Shown piece by piece: positions 38,532 to 52,864 of a stretch of 64,000 nt of DNA. The position numbers and the translations under genes are program-made. Origin of the DNA: an uncultured Actinomycetota bacterium (GTDB taxonomy: Bacteria > Actinomycetota > Actinomycetes > Mycobacteriales > SCTD01). Within the stretch, counting starts at the first letter, position 1; the number at the start of each line of letters is the position of its first letter. Under the pieces are notes generated by a model, which was not told the DNA's origin, ran no database searches, and saw only the letters and a list, made by a program, of their open reading frames with translations. The stretch is from contig CAVXMC010000002.1 in NCBI GenBank assembly GCA_963762795.1, forward strand, positions 765,951 to 829,950, given 5' to 3'.

Positions 38532-39164
38532 GTGCGCAGAGCGCAGCAGGAGATCGAGATCGAGCAGAGCCGCAGCGCGGCCGAGCGGGCGCAGTCGCAC
38601 GCCGGGCTCGCCGCCGAGCAGGCCGGGCTCGCCGCCGTGGCTGCCGGTGAGGTGCTCAGCGCCGTCGCAGGGACCGCCCGCGTCGTGGCGGAGGAGCGCG
38701 GCAGGCAGGCCGCCGACGCGCTCAGCGCGGCGTACGGCGCGGCGCGGGAGCGGGCTGACAACCTGCCGGTGCCGGAGCTGCTCGAGGGCGTGCTGGAGGA
38801 CGTCCGCGAGCGCGGGCTCGACGTCTGGGAGGCCGTCGGCGGCCGTCCCCGTCGCCGCAAGCGCTACCCGTGGGCGCGCGGCGGCGCCGTGGCCGGGGCG
38901 CTGGTCGGCATCGCGGCCGCCGTCGCGGTCCGCAAGCTGCTGCGCGGCGACGCGCCGGGCGCGCAGGAGCCCGAGCAGGTGCGGGCGGTCGTCGACGCAC
39001 CGCCCGTCGCGCCCACGACCGTCACCACCGCCCCGGTCAGCAGCACGCCGGTCGTGCCGGCGCCCATCGAGCCTGCGCCGGCCACCTCGACGCTGGTCAC
39101 CCCGGCCGTGCCGGTCGGCTCCCTCGACGAGGACGGCGAGGCCGTCCCGCCGCCGAGCTCCTAG
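38532..39164 (+). CDS. CwsA-like membrane protein (putative)
   Basis: A GTG at residue 21 of ORF 38472..39164 is preceded by AGGAGGAC. The protein has a helical N-terminal region, a basic patch (RRRKRYPW), one TM helix (GAVAGALVGIAAAVAV) and a Pro/Thr/Val-rich tail. It is divergent from ppiA, as cwsA is in mycobacteria. The call rests on architecture and position only. Confidence 0.45.
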   Translation: MRRAQQEIEIEQSRSAAERAQSHAGLAAEQAGLAAVAAGEVLSAVAGTARVVAEERGRQAADALSAAYGAARERADNLPVPELLEGVLEDVRERGLDVWEAVGGRPRRRKRYPWARGGAVAGALVGIAAAVAVRKLLRGDAPGAQEPEQVRAVVDAPPVAPTTVTTAPVSSTPVVPAPIEPAPATSTLVTPAVPVGSLDEDGEAVPPPSS

Positions 39165-39798
39165 AGGCACTGTCCCGGGGCCGGTCGCCCGGCCCCCGGG
39201 AACGTCACGGCCAGCTCCAGGCGTACGGACGCCGCGGTCGGGATGTCCTCCGCCGCCGCGCTCACCAGCACCCGGCCGTCGGGCAGGACGACCGCGTCGG
39301 TGACCGCCAGACCGACCCCGTCCACCTCGCCGAGCGGGTAGCGGCGCGGGGTGCGTACGCCGACCGCGGCAGGGTCCGCGCCCTCCAGGTCGAGGACGCC
39401 AAGGGGCAGCCCGAGGCGCTGCTGGACCGCGGCGTCGACGGGGGTCAGGTCGGCCACCTGCGGTGGGAGGCCGGTCGGGACCAGGACGGCGCGCATGGGG
39501 GCCGGCGTCGAGCCGGAGCCGAGCAGCAGCACCCGCCCGCTCGGTAGCCTGCAGGCCGCCTCCAGGTCGGGCTTGACGTGCTTGGTGCCGTCGGCGTCGG
39601 AGAAGAGGTCCAGGCCCTGCACCGGCGGGAGGAGTGCGCAGCGGCTCTACCCGGTCCCCGGCGCTGCCAGGCGGCGTGCGTGCCGTCGTCCTGGGCGACC
39701 AGCCAGCCGTCCCCGATGCGGGCGAGGGCGACGCAGCCCGTACAGGCGTGCCGTCGTCGAACCACAGCCGGCTGCTGCGCAGAAGGCTCGACGTGCAC
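39161..39798 (-). CDS. hypothetical protein (frame broken near 39625-39647)
   Basis: The N-terminal part lies in ORF 39445..39798 (...VALARIGDGWLVAQDDGTHAAW). The remainder is ORF 39161..39622 (VQGLDLFSDADGTKHVKPDLEAA...). The length is 3n+2, consistent with one missing base. Confidence 0.45.
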
Positions 39799-39815
39799 GG
39801 GCGGGGCGTACCCGG

Positions 39816-39888
39816 TGGAGCCACGGGGACTCGAACCCCGAACCCCCGCCTTGCAAAGGCGGTGCTCTGCCAGTTGAGCTATGGCCCC
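39816..39888 (-). tRNA. tRNA-Ala (anticodon TGC)
   Basis: The hand-folded sequence is GGGGCCATAGCTCAACTGGCAGAGCACCGCCTTTGCAAGGCGGGGGTTCGGGGTTCGAGTCCCCGTGGCTCCA. It includes the G3:U70 identity pair. Confidence 0.92.
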
Positions 39889-39895
39889 TGGTGGA

Positions 39896-40024
39896 TCAGC
39901 GCAGGTCGGGGGCGCTCGTCGCCTCGGTCCACAGGTCGCGGTCGGCCTGGGCGGCCGAGCGGCGCCGGCGAAGGAGGAACGACGTCGCGGCGAGCACCAG
40001 GACCAGCAGGGTGGGTCGTCGCAC
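39896..40024 (-). CDS. DLW-motif small membrane protein (42 aa; DLW-39-like)
   Basis: This ORF is not in the ORF track because it is too short. A GTG preceded by AAGGAGGAC gives (M)RRPTLLVLVLAATSFLLRRRRSAAQADRDLWTEATSAPDLR. It sits between the two tRNA genes. Confidence 0.55.
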   Translation of the reverse strand: MRRPTLLVLVLAATSFLLRRRRSAAQADRDLWTEATSAPDLR

Positions 40025-40047
40025 GTCGTCCTCCTTCACGCACGGGG

Positions 40048-40121
40048 TGGGCCTGGGAGGACTTGAACCTCCGGCCTCATCCTTATCAGGGATGCGCTCT
40101 AACCGTCTGAGCTACAGGCCC
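40048..40121 (-). tRNA. tRNA-Ile (anticodon GAT)
   Basis: The hand-folded sequence is GGGCCTGTAGCTCAGACGGTTAGAGCGCATCCCTGATAAGGATGAGGCCGGAGGTTCAAGTCCTCCCAGGCCCA. Confidence 0.92.
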
Positions 40122-40180
40122 GCGCGCCTCTCGGCACGGACGGGAACGCTACCAGGGGTGCGCCGACGCTCCTGCGTCGC

Positions 40181-41085
40181 CTACTCGCGCTCGGCGAGGG
40201 TGACCTCGATGCCGCCGGTGAACGACGCGCACACGTTGTAGATGACCGCGAACAGCGTCGCCAGCACGGTCAGGAGCACGACGTTGAAGGCCGCCAGCAG
40301 GGCCGCGATGCCGAGCACCCGGCCCATCGTCAGCAGCGGAGCCTGCTCGGCGGCGTCGACGCCGTTGTCGCGGGTGACCTCGGCGTAGAGCTCGTTGAGG
40401 GAGTCCTGCACACCGGCGGCGTTCAGCACCTGGTAGAGCACGAACACGGCGACCAGGGTCACCAGCGCGAGGAACAGGCCCGTGAGCAGGGAGGTCACGA
40501 AGACCGACCACGGGTCGATGCGGCGGACCGCCAGCCGGGCCCGGCGGGTGCGGGCTGACGCGGCGGCGGGACGGCCGGCGGCCGGGGCCCCGCCCTTGGT
40601 CGGCACCCGCGAGCCGGGGGCGGGAGCGATGCCGGCGACCCGCCCGGAGCCGGCGAGGTGCGGCGCCGCGACCTCGGACGCGTCGGGGACGGGCCCGTCC
40701 GGGCGGACCGGTGCGCCGCGGCCCTCGGCGGGCCCATCTGTACGGACCGGTGCCCCGCGGTCGCTGCTGCGGCCCTCGTCGGGGCCGTCCGTACGGACCG
40801 GCGCGCCCCGGTCGTCGCTGCGGCCCTCGTCGGGGCCGTCCGTGCGGACCGGTGCGCCCCGGTCGCTGCTGCGGCCCTCGGTGGGGCCGTCCGTGCGGAC
40901 CGGTGCGCCGCGGTCGCTGCTGCGCCCCTCGCTGCCGCGAGGACGGCCCCGGTCGTCCAGGACCGGGACGGCCTGCGTGGCCTGGCTGCGGTCGTCCTGC
41001 ACCGGCAGCTGCGTCGTGGTGGTGTCCTGCCCGCCGCCGGACGCCGGCGGGCCGCCCGGCGCGGGCCGCTCCGGCCGCTGCTCGG

Positions 41086-41089
<4 letters not shown>
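40181..41089 (-). CDS. DUF3566 domain membrane protein (Rv0007-like) with repeat-rich N-terminal region
   Basis: The ORF-track gives 302 aa. The conserved C-terminal part reads ARLAVRRIDPWSVFVTSLL...NVVLLTVLATLFAVIYNVCASFTGGIEVTL. The GTG start overlaps the gyrA stop (GTGA). Confidence 0.85.
40691..40930 (-). repeat. 48-bp (16-codon) tandem repeat, about 4.5-5 copies
   Basis: The peptide EGRSSDRGAPVRTDGP(T/D/A) is repeated from residue 54 to about 133 of the DUF3566 protein. Coordinates come from ORF arithmetic. Confidence 0.8.
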
Positions 41090-43774
<2,685 letters not shown>

Positions 43775-43797
43775 GAGGGTCCCTTCTGGTCAGTGCT

Positions 43798-43840
43798 GTT
43801 TCACGTGGAACGGGACCGACGCTGTTCCACGTGGAACAGC
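43798..43840. promoter_or_regulatory. twin CACGTG-core palindromes in the gyrB-gyrA spacer
   Basis: GTTTCACGTGGAAC lies at 43798-43811 and a perfect GTTCCACGTGGAAC at 43824-43837. The second extends to the 20-nt perfect palindrome GCTGTTCCACGTGGAACAGC at 43821-43840. Positions were checked against ORF 43719. Confidence 0.4.
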
Positions 43841-43847
43841 ACCGGGA

Positions 43848-45871
<2,024 letters not shown>

Positions 45872-46066
45872 TGCGCGGGGCACGTCGTCCCTCTCGGGGC
45901 GAGGCACGGCAGGGACCGTCGCAGAGGTGGTACAGGGTTCCAGTGTAGCCCCTGGGAGGACCTCCGCCGCGCAGCAGCGGCCCTAGCCGCCCGCGTGGCG
46001 CCCTGCACGCACCGGCGCGTGTCCCCCCACGCGCCGCCACCTGCGTGGCGCAGAGGCGTACGCGGC

Positions 46067-46624
46067 TCAGCCGTAGGTGTCCCGCGGTCCTCGCCCCTGC
46101 ACCCGCCTCGGCCCCTTGCGCCAGTCCGGCTGCACCGGGCCCCGGACGACGACCTTGGTCACGACGTCGGGGCCGACCTGCTCGCGCAGCGTCTTCAGGA
46201 TCTGGCCGACGAGAAGCCGCACCTGGGTGGCCCAGGCCGAGGACTCGGCGACCAGCACCAGCTCGCCGTCGACCAGCGAGGTGGGCCGGCAGTGGTCGGC
46301 GAGCTCGGGGCCGACCAGCTCGTCCCACCGCTGCAGCACCGAGGCGTTGGTCGTCGTCTCCTCCCAGCCCCGCTCGGCCACCAGCCGGCGCACGGCCTCG
46401 CCGAACAGCACCGGGTCGCGGGCGTCCTTGGCACCGCTCCCGCGCACCACCGGCTTCAGCGTCGGCCGGCGGCGGCCGGCACCGGGCGCGACGCCCTTGG
46501 CCCGGGCCGCGGCCTTCGCCGACGCGAGCGCAGCCCGCACCAGGTCGGCGCCCTGGGCAGCGCTGTGACCTGCAGGGACGTCGTCGGGGACCGCGCGCAG
46601 CCGCGGCTCCTCGTCACCGGACAC
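46067..46624 (-). CDS. DUF721 domain protein (DciA-type; Rv0004-like)
   Basis: The ORF-track gives 185 aa: ...[42 protein letters not shown]... It occupies the conserved position between recF and gyrB. Confidence 0.85.
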   Translation of the reverse strand: MSGDEEPRLRAVPDDVPAGHSAAQGADLVRAALASAKAAARAKGVAPGAGRRRPTLKPVVRGSGAKDARDPVLFGEAVRRLVAERGWEETTTNASVLQRWDELVGPELADHCRPTSLVDGELVLVAESSAWATQVRLLVGQILKTLREQVGPDVVTKVVVRGPVQPDWRKGPRRVQGRGPRDTYG

Positions 46625-47753
46625 GCGTCACCGTCCCCCCGTGCACGTCGTAGCGGCTGCCGGCCAGCGCCTCCGGCACGTCTGCGGCCACCGCGGCGGT
46701 GACCAGGACCTGCTCCGCTCCGGCGACCAGCTCGGCCAGCCGGTCGCGACGGCCCACGTCGAGCTCAGCGAAGACGTCGTCGAGCACCAGCACCGGCTCA
46801 CCCCCGTTGCCCTCGCCGTCGGCCCGCAGCAGCGTGTAGGACGCCAGGCGCAGCGCCAGCGCGACCGACCAGGACTCGCCGTGCGAGGCGTAGCCCTTCA
46901 CCGGCAGCCCGCCGAGCGAGAGCAGCAGGTCGTCGCGGTGCGGCCCGACCAGCGACACCCCCCGCTCCACCTCCTGCGGCCGCACCCGGGCCAGCTCGGA
47001 GAGCAGCGCCGCCGCCAGCACCTCGCGGTCGCGGCTGTCCGGGGCGGCCTCCCCGAGCGAGCTCCGGTAGTCCAGCCCGGTCGCGCCCTGGCCGGCCGAC
47101 ACCTGCTCGTACGACGTCGCCACCAGCGGCCGCAGCTGCTCGACCAGCTCGAGCCGGGCGGCGAGCAGCTCGGCGCCGTTGTGCGCCAGGTGGGCGTCCC
47201 AGACGTCGAGCGTGCGCATGTCGCCGCCCCCGGTGCGGCGGGCGAGGAACGCGGTCTTGAGCAGGGCGTTGCGCTGCTTGAGGACCCGCTCGTAGTCCGA
47301 GCGCACCCCGGCCATCCGCGGCGCGCGCAGCACCAGCAGGTCGTCGAGGAACCGCCGGCGCTCCGACGGGTCGCCGCGCACCAGCGCCAGGTCCTCCGGG
47401 GCGAACAGCACCGTGCGCAGGATGCCCAGCACCTCCCGGGCCCGCGGCACCGGGGAGCGGTTGATGCGCGCCCGGTTGGCCTTGCCCGGGTTGAGCTCGA
47501 GCTCGACCATCATCGCCCGTTCGTCACGCTCCACCCGGGCGCGCACCACCGCACGCTCGGCGCCGGACCGTACGAGGGGCGCGTCGGTGGCGACCCGGTG
47601 CGAGCCGAGCGTCGCGACGTAGCCCAGCGCCTCGACCAGGTTGGTCTTGCCCTGGCCGTTCTGCCCGACCAGGGCCGTCCCGCCCGGCCCGAGCTCCAGC
47701 TCGAGCTCGGGCCAGGACCGGAAGTCCGCGAGCGACAGGTGCGAGACGTGCAC
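46614..47753 (-). CDS. recF: DNA replication/repair protein RecF
   Basis: The ORF-track gives 379 aa. The start [14 protein letters not shown], Walker [11 protein letters not shown] and Walker [12 protein letters not shown] are present. Confidence 0.95.
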   Translation of the reverse strand: MHVSHLSLADFRSWPELELELGPGGTALVGQNGQGKTNLVEALGYVATLGSHRVATDAPLVRSGAERAVVRARVERDERAMMVELELNPGKANRARINRSPVPRAREVLGILRTVLFAPEDLALVRGDPSERRRFLDDLLVLRAPRMAGVRSDYERVLKQRNALLKTAFLARRTGGGDMRTLDVWDAHLAHNGAELLAARLELVEQLRPLVATSYEQVSAGQGATGLDYRSSLGEAAPDSRDREVLAAALLSELARVRPQEVERGVSLVGPHRDDLLLSLGGLPVKGYASHGESWSVALALRLASYTLLRADGEGNGGEPVLVLDDVFAELDVGRRDRLAELVAGAEQVLVTAAVAADVPEALAGSRYDVHGGTVTRVR

Positions 47754-48752
<999 letters not shown>

Positions 48753-48804
48753 GCCGTCCTGCCTCTCGTCGGTGGAGTCCTTCGCGGTCCGGCCTGCCCC
48801 GCTG

Positions 48805-49956
48805 TCAGCCTGACAGTCGTACGGGCATGAGCAGGTAGCGGTAGGCCGGGACGTCCTCGTCGGGCTGCCGCTTGCCGGTGAGCACCGCCGGGCGGGCGCT
48901 GGCGGTGAACGACAGGGTCGTCGTGTCGCTGTCGACCGCCGACAGGCCGTCGAGCAGGTAGGCCGGGTTGAACGCGATCGACATCTCTCCGCCGACCCCC
49001 TCGCCCTCCCAGCCGCACTCGAGCCGCTCGGACGCCTGCGCGTCGTCGGCCCCGCCGGCCTCGAGCACCATGCCGTCGGCGGAGAACGACAGGCGGACGA
49101 CCGGCGCGTTGCGGGCGGCCACCAGCGAGACGAGCTGCACGCGTCGGACGGCCTCGACGAACGCGGCCGTCTGCACCTCGGCGACCGCGGCCGCCTCGGT
49201 CGGGAGCAGGGCGCGGTACTTCGGGAACTCGCCGTCGATGAGCCGCGTCGTGGTGCGCTTGCCGCCGCCCTCGAAGCCGATCATCCCCTCGCCGGCGGTG
49301 CCCGAGGACAGCGCCAGCGTCACCTCCGGGCCGCCGGTCAGCGCCTTGGCGGTGTCGGCGAGCGTCTTGGCCGGCACCAGCGCGGTGGCCTGCAGGTCGC
49401 CCTGCTCCGGTCGCCAGCTCAGGGTCCGGACCGCGAGGCGGTAGCGGTCGGTGGCCGCGAGCGTCAGCTGGTCGCCGTCGATCTCGACGCGCACACCCGT
49501 GAGCTGCGGCAGCGTGTCGACGCGACCCGCGGCGATCGCGACCTGCGAGACGGCGGCGGCGAAGACGTCGCTCTCGAGCGCGCCGGCCACGGTCGGCATC
49601 GCCGGCAGGGCCGGGTAGTCGTCGACCTGCATCGTCGGCAGCGTGAAGCGCGACGAGCCGCAGGTCAGGACCACCCGCCCGGACTCGGTGCGCAGGTCGA
49701 CCGGCTGCGACGGCAGCGAGCGGACGATGTCGTTCAGCAGCCGGCCGGGCACGAGGACCCGGCCGTCCTCGTCGGCGTGGGCGTCCAGCTCGACCCGGGA
49801 CGACATCTCGTAGTCGAAGCCGGACACCGCGAGGGTGCCGCCGGAGGCCTCGAGCAGCAGCCCGAGCAGGACCTGCATCGGCGGCCGGGCCGGCAGGGAC
49901 CGGGCTCCCCACGCCACAGCGTCGGCGAGCGCGTCGCGCTCGACCCTGAGCTCCAT
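48805..49956 (-). CDS. dnaN: DNA polymerase III beta sliding clamp
   Basis: This is ORF 48805..50259 from MELRVERDAL (residue 102), giving 383 aa. The sequence ...LAATDRYRLA...RLIDGEFPKYR...YLLMPVRL is present. Confidence 0.95.
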   Translation of the reverse strand: MELRVERDALADAVAWGARSLPARPPMQVLLGLLLEASGGTLAVSGFDYEMSSRVELDAHADEDGRVLVPGRLLNDIVRSLPSQPVDLRTESGRVVLTCGSSRFTLPTMQVDDYPALPAMPTVAGALESDVFAAAVSQVAIAAGRVDTLPQLTGVRVEIDGDQLTLAATDRYRLAVRTLSWRPEQGDLQATALVPAKTLADTAKALTGGPEVTLALSSGTAGEGMIGFEGGGKRTTTRLIDGEFPKYRALLPTEAAAVAEVQTAAFVEAVRRVQLVSLVAARNAPVVRLSFSADGMVLEAGGADDAQASERLECGWEGEGVGGEMSIAFNPAYLLDGLSAVDSDTTTLSFTASARPAVLTGKRQPDEDVPAYRYLLMPVRLSG

Positions 49957-50319
49957 GTCGGTGTGCCTCTCGCTGCGTTCGTCGTGCTTCGTGGGTGGTG
50001 GGGGACGTCGAGACTGCCAGAGCGGTCCGACAGGTGGGTCAGGGACGGCGACAGTCCACAGGTCGGGGCCGGCAGAACCCGTTCTTGAGGTCCTCGGAGG
50101 AGAACAGTCCCGTCGTCGCACTAGGGGCCTGCGACCCTGTGGACCGCGGTGCGTCGCCGCACGTCGTACGGCGTGGCGCGGTGTGCGGCCGATGTGGACG
50201 GACGGGGACATCTCCGTGGACGGCGGTGGACGAGCAGTGGTCCGGGCGCGGTCGTCCACGCTCCGTCCCCGGCCGCGAGCCGGTTGTCCACAGCGCCGTC
50301 CCCAGCCTGTGCATCGTGA
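49957..50319. other. oriC candidate: DnaA-box cluster in the dnaA-dnaN spacer
   Basis: There are 7 boxes with the GTCCAC core. They are 50052-50060 CAGTCCACA; 50138-50146 (rc CGGTCCACA); 50193-50201 (rc CCGTCCACA); 50214-50222 (rc CGTCCACGG); 50225-50233 (rc TCGTCCACC); 50252-50260 TCGTCCACG; and 50284-50292 TTGTCCACA, which is perfect. Positions were checked against ORF 49995. Confidence 0.8.
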
Positions 50320-51811
50320 TCACACCCGCGACCGGGTCTTGATCCGGTTGGTCAGCTCGGCGACCTGGTTGTAGGTCGCGCGCCGCTCGGCCATCTGCCC
50401 GCGGATCTTGCGGTCGGCGTGGATCACCGTGGTGTGGTCGCGCCCGCCGAACATCTGCCCGATCTTGGGCAGCGACAGGTCGGTGAGCTCGCGGCAGAGG
50501 TACATCGCGATCTGCCGGCCGTTGACCAGCACGCGCGAGCGCGAGGACCCGCACAGGTCCTCCATCGTCAGCCCGAAGTACTCCGCCGTCGCGGCCATGA
50601 TCGTGGCGCCGGTGATCTCCGGGCCGCCCTCGGCCGGGATGAGGTCCTTGAGCACGATCTCGGCCAGGGCCAGGTCGACCGGCTGGCGGTTGAGCGACGC
50701 GAACGCCGTCACGCGGATGAGCGCGCCCTCCAGCTCGCGGATGTTGCTGGAGATCTTCGAGGCGATGAACTCGAGCACGTCCGGCGGCGCGTTCAGGCGG
50801 TCCTGCGCGGCCTTCTTGCGCAGGATGGCGATGCGGGTCTCGAGGTCGGGCGGCTGGACGTCGGTGATCAGGCCCCACTCGAACCGCGTGCGCAGCCGGT
50901 CCTCCAGCGTCGACAGCTGCTTGGGCGGGCGGTCCGAGGTGATGACGATCTGCTTGTTGGCGTTGTGGAGCGTGTTGAAGGTGTGGAAGAACTCCTCCTG
51001 CGTCCGCTCCTTGTTCTCCAGGAACTGGATGTCGTCGACGAGCAGGACGTCGACGTCGCGGTAGCGGCGCTGGAAGGCCTGCGCCTTGTCGTCGCGCAGG
51101 CTGTTGATGAAGTCGTTGGTGAACTCCTCGGAGCTCACGTAGCGCACGCGCGCCCCGGTGAAGAGGTTCTGCGCGTAGTGCCCGATCGCGTGCAGCAGGT
51201 GCGTCTTGCCGAGGCCGCTCTCGCCGTAGACGAACAGCGGGTTGTACGCCTTCGCCGGCGCCTCGGCGACCGCGACCGCCGCGGCGTGCGCGAACCGGTT
51301 GGACGCCCCGATGACGAAGGTCTCGAAGGTGTACTTGGGGTTGAGCCGGGCCGGCTCGAAGCCCCGGGGCGGGGAGCCCGACGGCAGCGGCGGCCCGTCG
51401 GCCGGCCGGTCGCGACCGGTCCCGGGCAGCGCACGCACGTCGGCGACCGGGTCGTCGTCCAGCGGCGGGGCGGCGGCCTCCGCCGCGCCGGGCTGCACCG
51501 TGACGGCGACCTGGAGGTCACGGCCGTACGCCGAGCTCAGCGCGCCCGCGATCATCGGCCGCAGCCGGCTCTCGAGGACCTCCTTGGCGAAGTCGTTCGG
51601 CGCGGCCAGCAGGACCGTGTCGCCGACGAGGCCCAGCGGGCGGGTCAGCCCGATCCAGGCCCGGTGCGGCGGCGACAGCGCGCCCGCGTCGAGCAGCTCG
51701 ACCGCGTCGCGCCAGAACCGCTCGAGCTCGGCGGCCCGCGTCCTCCGGTGTCCAGGGCGACGGTCCGGTCGGGGCCGGCGGGGCGTCGGGCGGTCCGGAC
51801 AGGTCGGTCAC
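50320..51811 (-). CDS. dnaA: chromosomal replication initiator DnaA (frame broken near 51735)
   Basis: ORF 50320..51555 holds the end of domain I through domain IV (Walker [19 protein letters not shown], the basic loop and HTH ...[10 protein letters not shown]). The N-terminus (VTDLSGPP...EDA) lies in ORF 51518..52102. Removing one base near 51731-51737 restores ...[36 protein letters not shown]... Confidence 0.95.
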
Positions 51812-51849
51812 GCGGGTCCTCTCGTGACGGCCGCGGCTCCCGCCGTCGG

Positions 51850-51882
51850 CCGTCCACACGTCTGTCCACACGATGTGGACAG
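51850..51882. promoter_or_regulatory. three DnaA boxes just upstream of dnaA, two of them head-to-head
   Basis: The boxes are CCGTCCACA (51850-58), CTGTCCACA (51862-70) and TGTGGACAG (51874-82, rc CTGTCCACA). The last two form TGTCCACA-CGA-TGTGGACA. Confidence 0.7.
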
Positions 51883-52094
51883 ACACCTCTGCCGTACGCG
51901 GCGGCTCCGCGGTCACACCTGCCGGGACGACGCGTCGTGCACGGTCGGACGAGCGGTCCGTCAGGGGCAGGCGGACGCTGTCCGGAGCGTTGCACCCCGG
52001 GGGCGGCACGAGGCTCCGGCCTCCCGGAGGAGGTCGGCAACCGGTCGTGCGGAGCGGCGGGGACGCTAACGCAGCGCGGGTCCGGCGGCAAGGG

Positions 52095-52103
52095 TTGTCC
52101 ACA
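52095..52103. promoter_or_regulatory. perfect DnaA box TTGTCCACA in the dnaA-rpmH spacer
   Basis: This is an exact consensus 9-mer. Its position was checked against ORF 51873. Confidence 0.6.
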
Positions 52104-52285
52104 GGCAGACGGGGTCAGATCGGCGTGTCGCGACCAGCCTGTTTGACCGGCCACCTCCGGCGCTCGTACCTTGGTCAGGTCTGTGCCCGTGGTTGCGCTG
52201 TTCTGCGCCGCCTGCCGCACCGGCGCCGCATCCCCGGTGCGGCCGTCGCGCGGCTGTACCGCCCACTCGTCATCGGAGTCCCGTC

Positions 52286-52423
52286 GTGAGCAAGCGCACC
52301 TTCCAGCCGAACAACCGCCGCCGCGCCAAGACGCACGGCTTCCGGCTGCGCATGCGCACCCGTGCGGGCCGAGCCATCCTCGCTGCTCGCCGTCGCAAGG
52401 GTCGCGACGAGCTCTCGGCGTAG
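52286..52423 (+). CDS. rpmH: 50S ribosomal protein L34
   Basis: A GTG at residue 32 of ORF 52193..52423 gives (M)[49 protein letters not shown] sequence lies upstream. Confidence 0.95.
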   Translation: MSKRTFQPNNRRRAKTHGFRLRMRTRAGRAILAARRRKGRDELSA

Positions 52424-52492
52424 CCCCGCGCACGGACGCGTGCGCTGACTGCCCACGCGCTGCCTGACCCGACCCCCGGGAGCCCCGCACCC

Positions 52493-52837
52493 GTGCTGCC
52501 GCCCGAACGCCGGCTGACCCGCCGCGCCGACTTCTCCGAGGTCGTCCGCCGCGGTCGCCGGGCGTCGCGGCCGCTGCTCACGGTCCACCTGAGCGCGCCG
52601 GGCGAGACCGGCGGGTCACCGGCGAGGGCCGGGCTCGTCGTCAGCAAGGCCGTCGGCGGCTCCGTGGTCCGCACCCGGGTCGCCCGCCGGCTGCGCCACC
52701 TGCTGCGCGACCGGCTGCCGGCGCTGCCCGACGGCACCCGGGTCGTCGTGCGCGCCGCCCCGCCGGCCGGGACGGCCGACAGCGCCGCGCTCGGCGAGGA
52801 CCTCGACGCCGCGCTGGCCCGTCTGGCCCGCCGGTGA
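52493..52837 (+). CDS. rnpA: ribonuclease P protein component
   Basis: The ORF-track gives 114 aa of basic sequence, ...[17 protein letters not shown]...[21 protein letters not shown]. Confidence 0.9.
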   Translation: MLPPERRLTRRADFSEVVRRGRRASRPLLTVHLSAPGETGGSPARAGLVVSKAVGGSVVRTRVARRLRHLLRDRLPALPDGTRVVVRAAPPAGTADSAALGEDLDAALARLARR

Positions 52838-52864
52838 GCGCCGCGCCGGGCCGGGTCGCCCGAG

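Noticed and set aside
40691-40930. I considered whether the regularly spaced repeats could be a CRISPR array. The RKA array at 30835-31290 raised the same question.
   Set aside because: The repeats are contiguous with no spacers, in frame within coding sequence, and encode repeated peptides. No cas genes are present.
43798-43840. I considered reading the gyrB-gyrA motif as an SOS (LexA / Cheo-type GAAC-N4-GTTC) box.
   Set aside because: The half-sites are in the opposite order (GTTC...GAAC), and the GAAC-to-GTTC spacing between copies is 14 nt, not 4. It does not fit the TCGAAC-N4-GTTCGA pattern.
52428-52445. This is a hairpin GCGCACG-GACG-CGTGCGC directly after the rpmH stop, which could be a terminator or attenuator before rnpA.
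   Set aside because: The stem is only 7 bp and has no U-tract. rpmH and rnpA are normally co-transcribed, so I did not call it.
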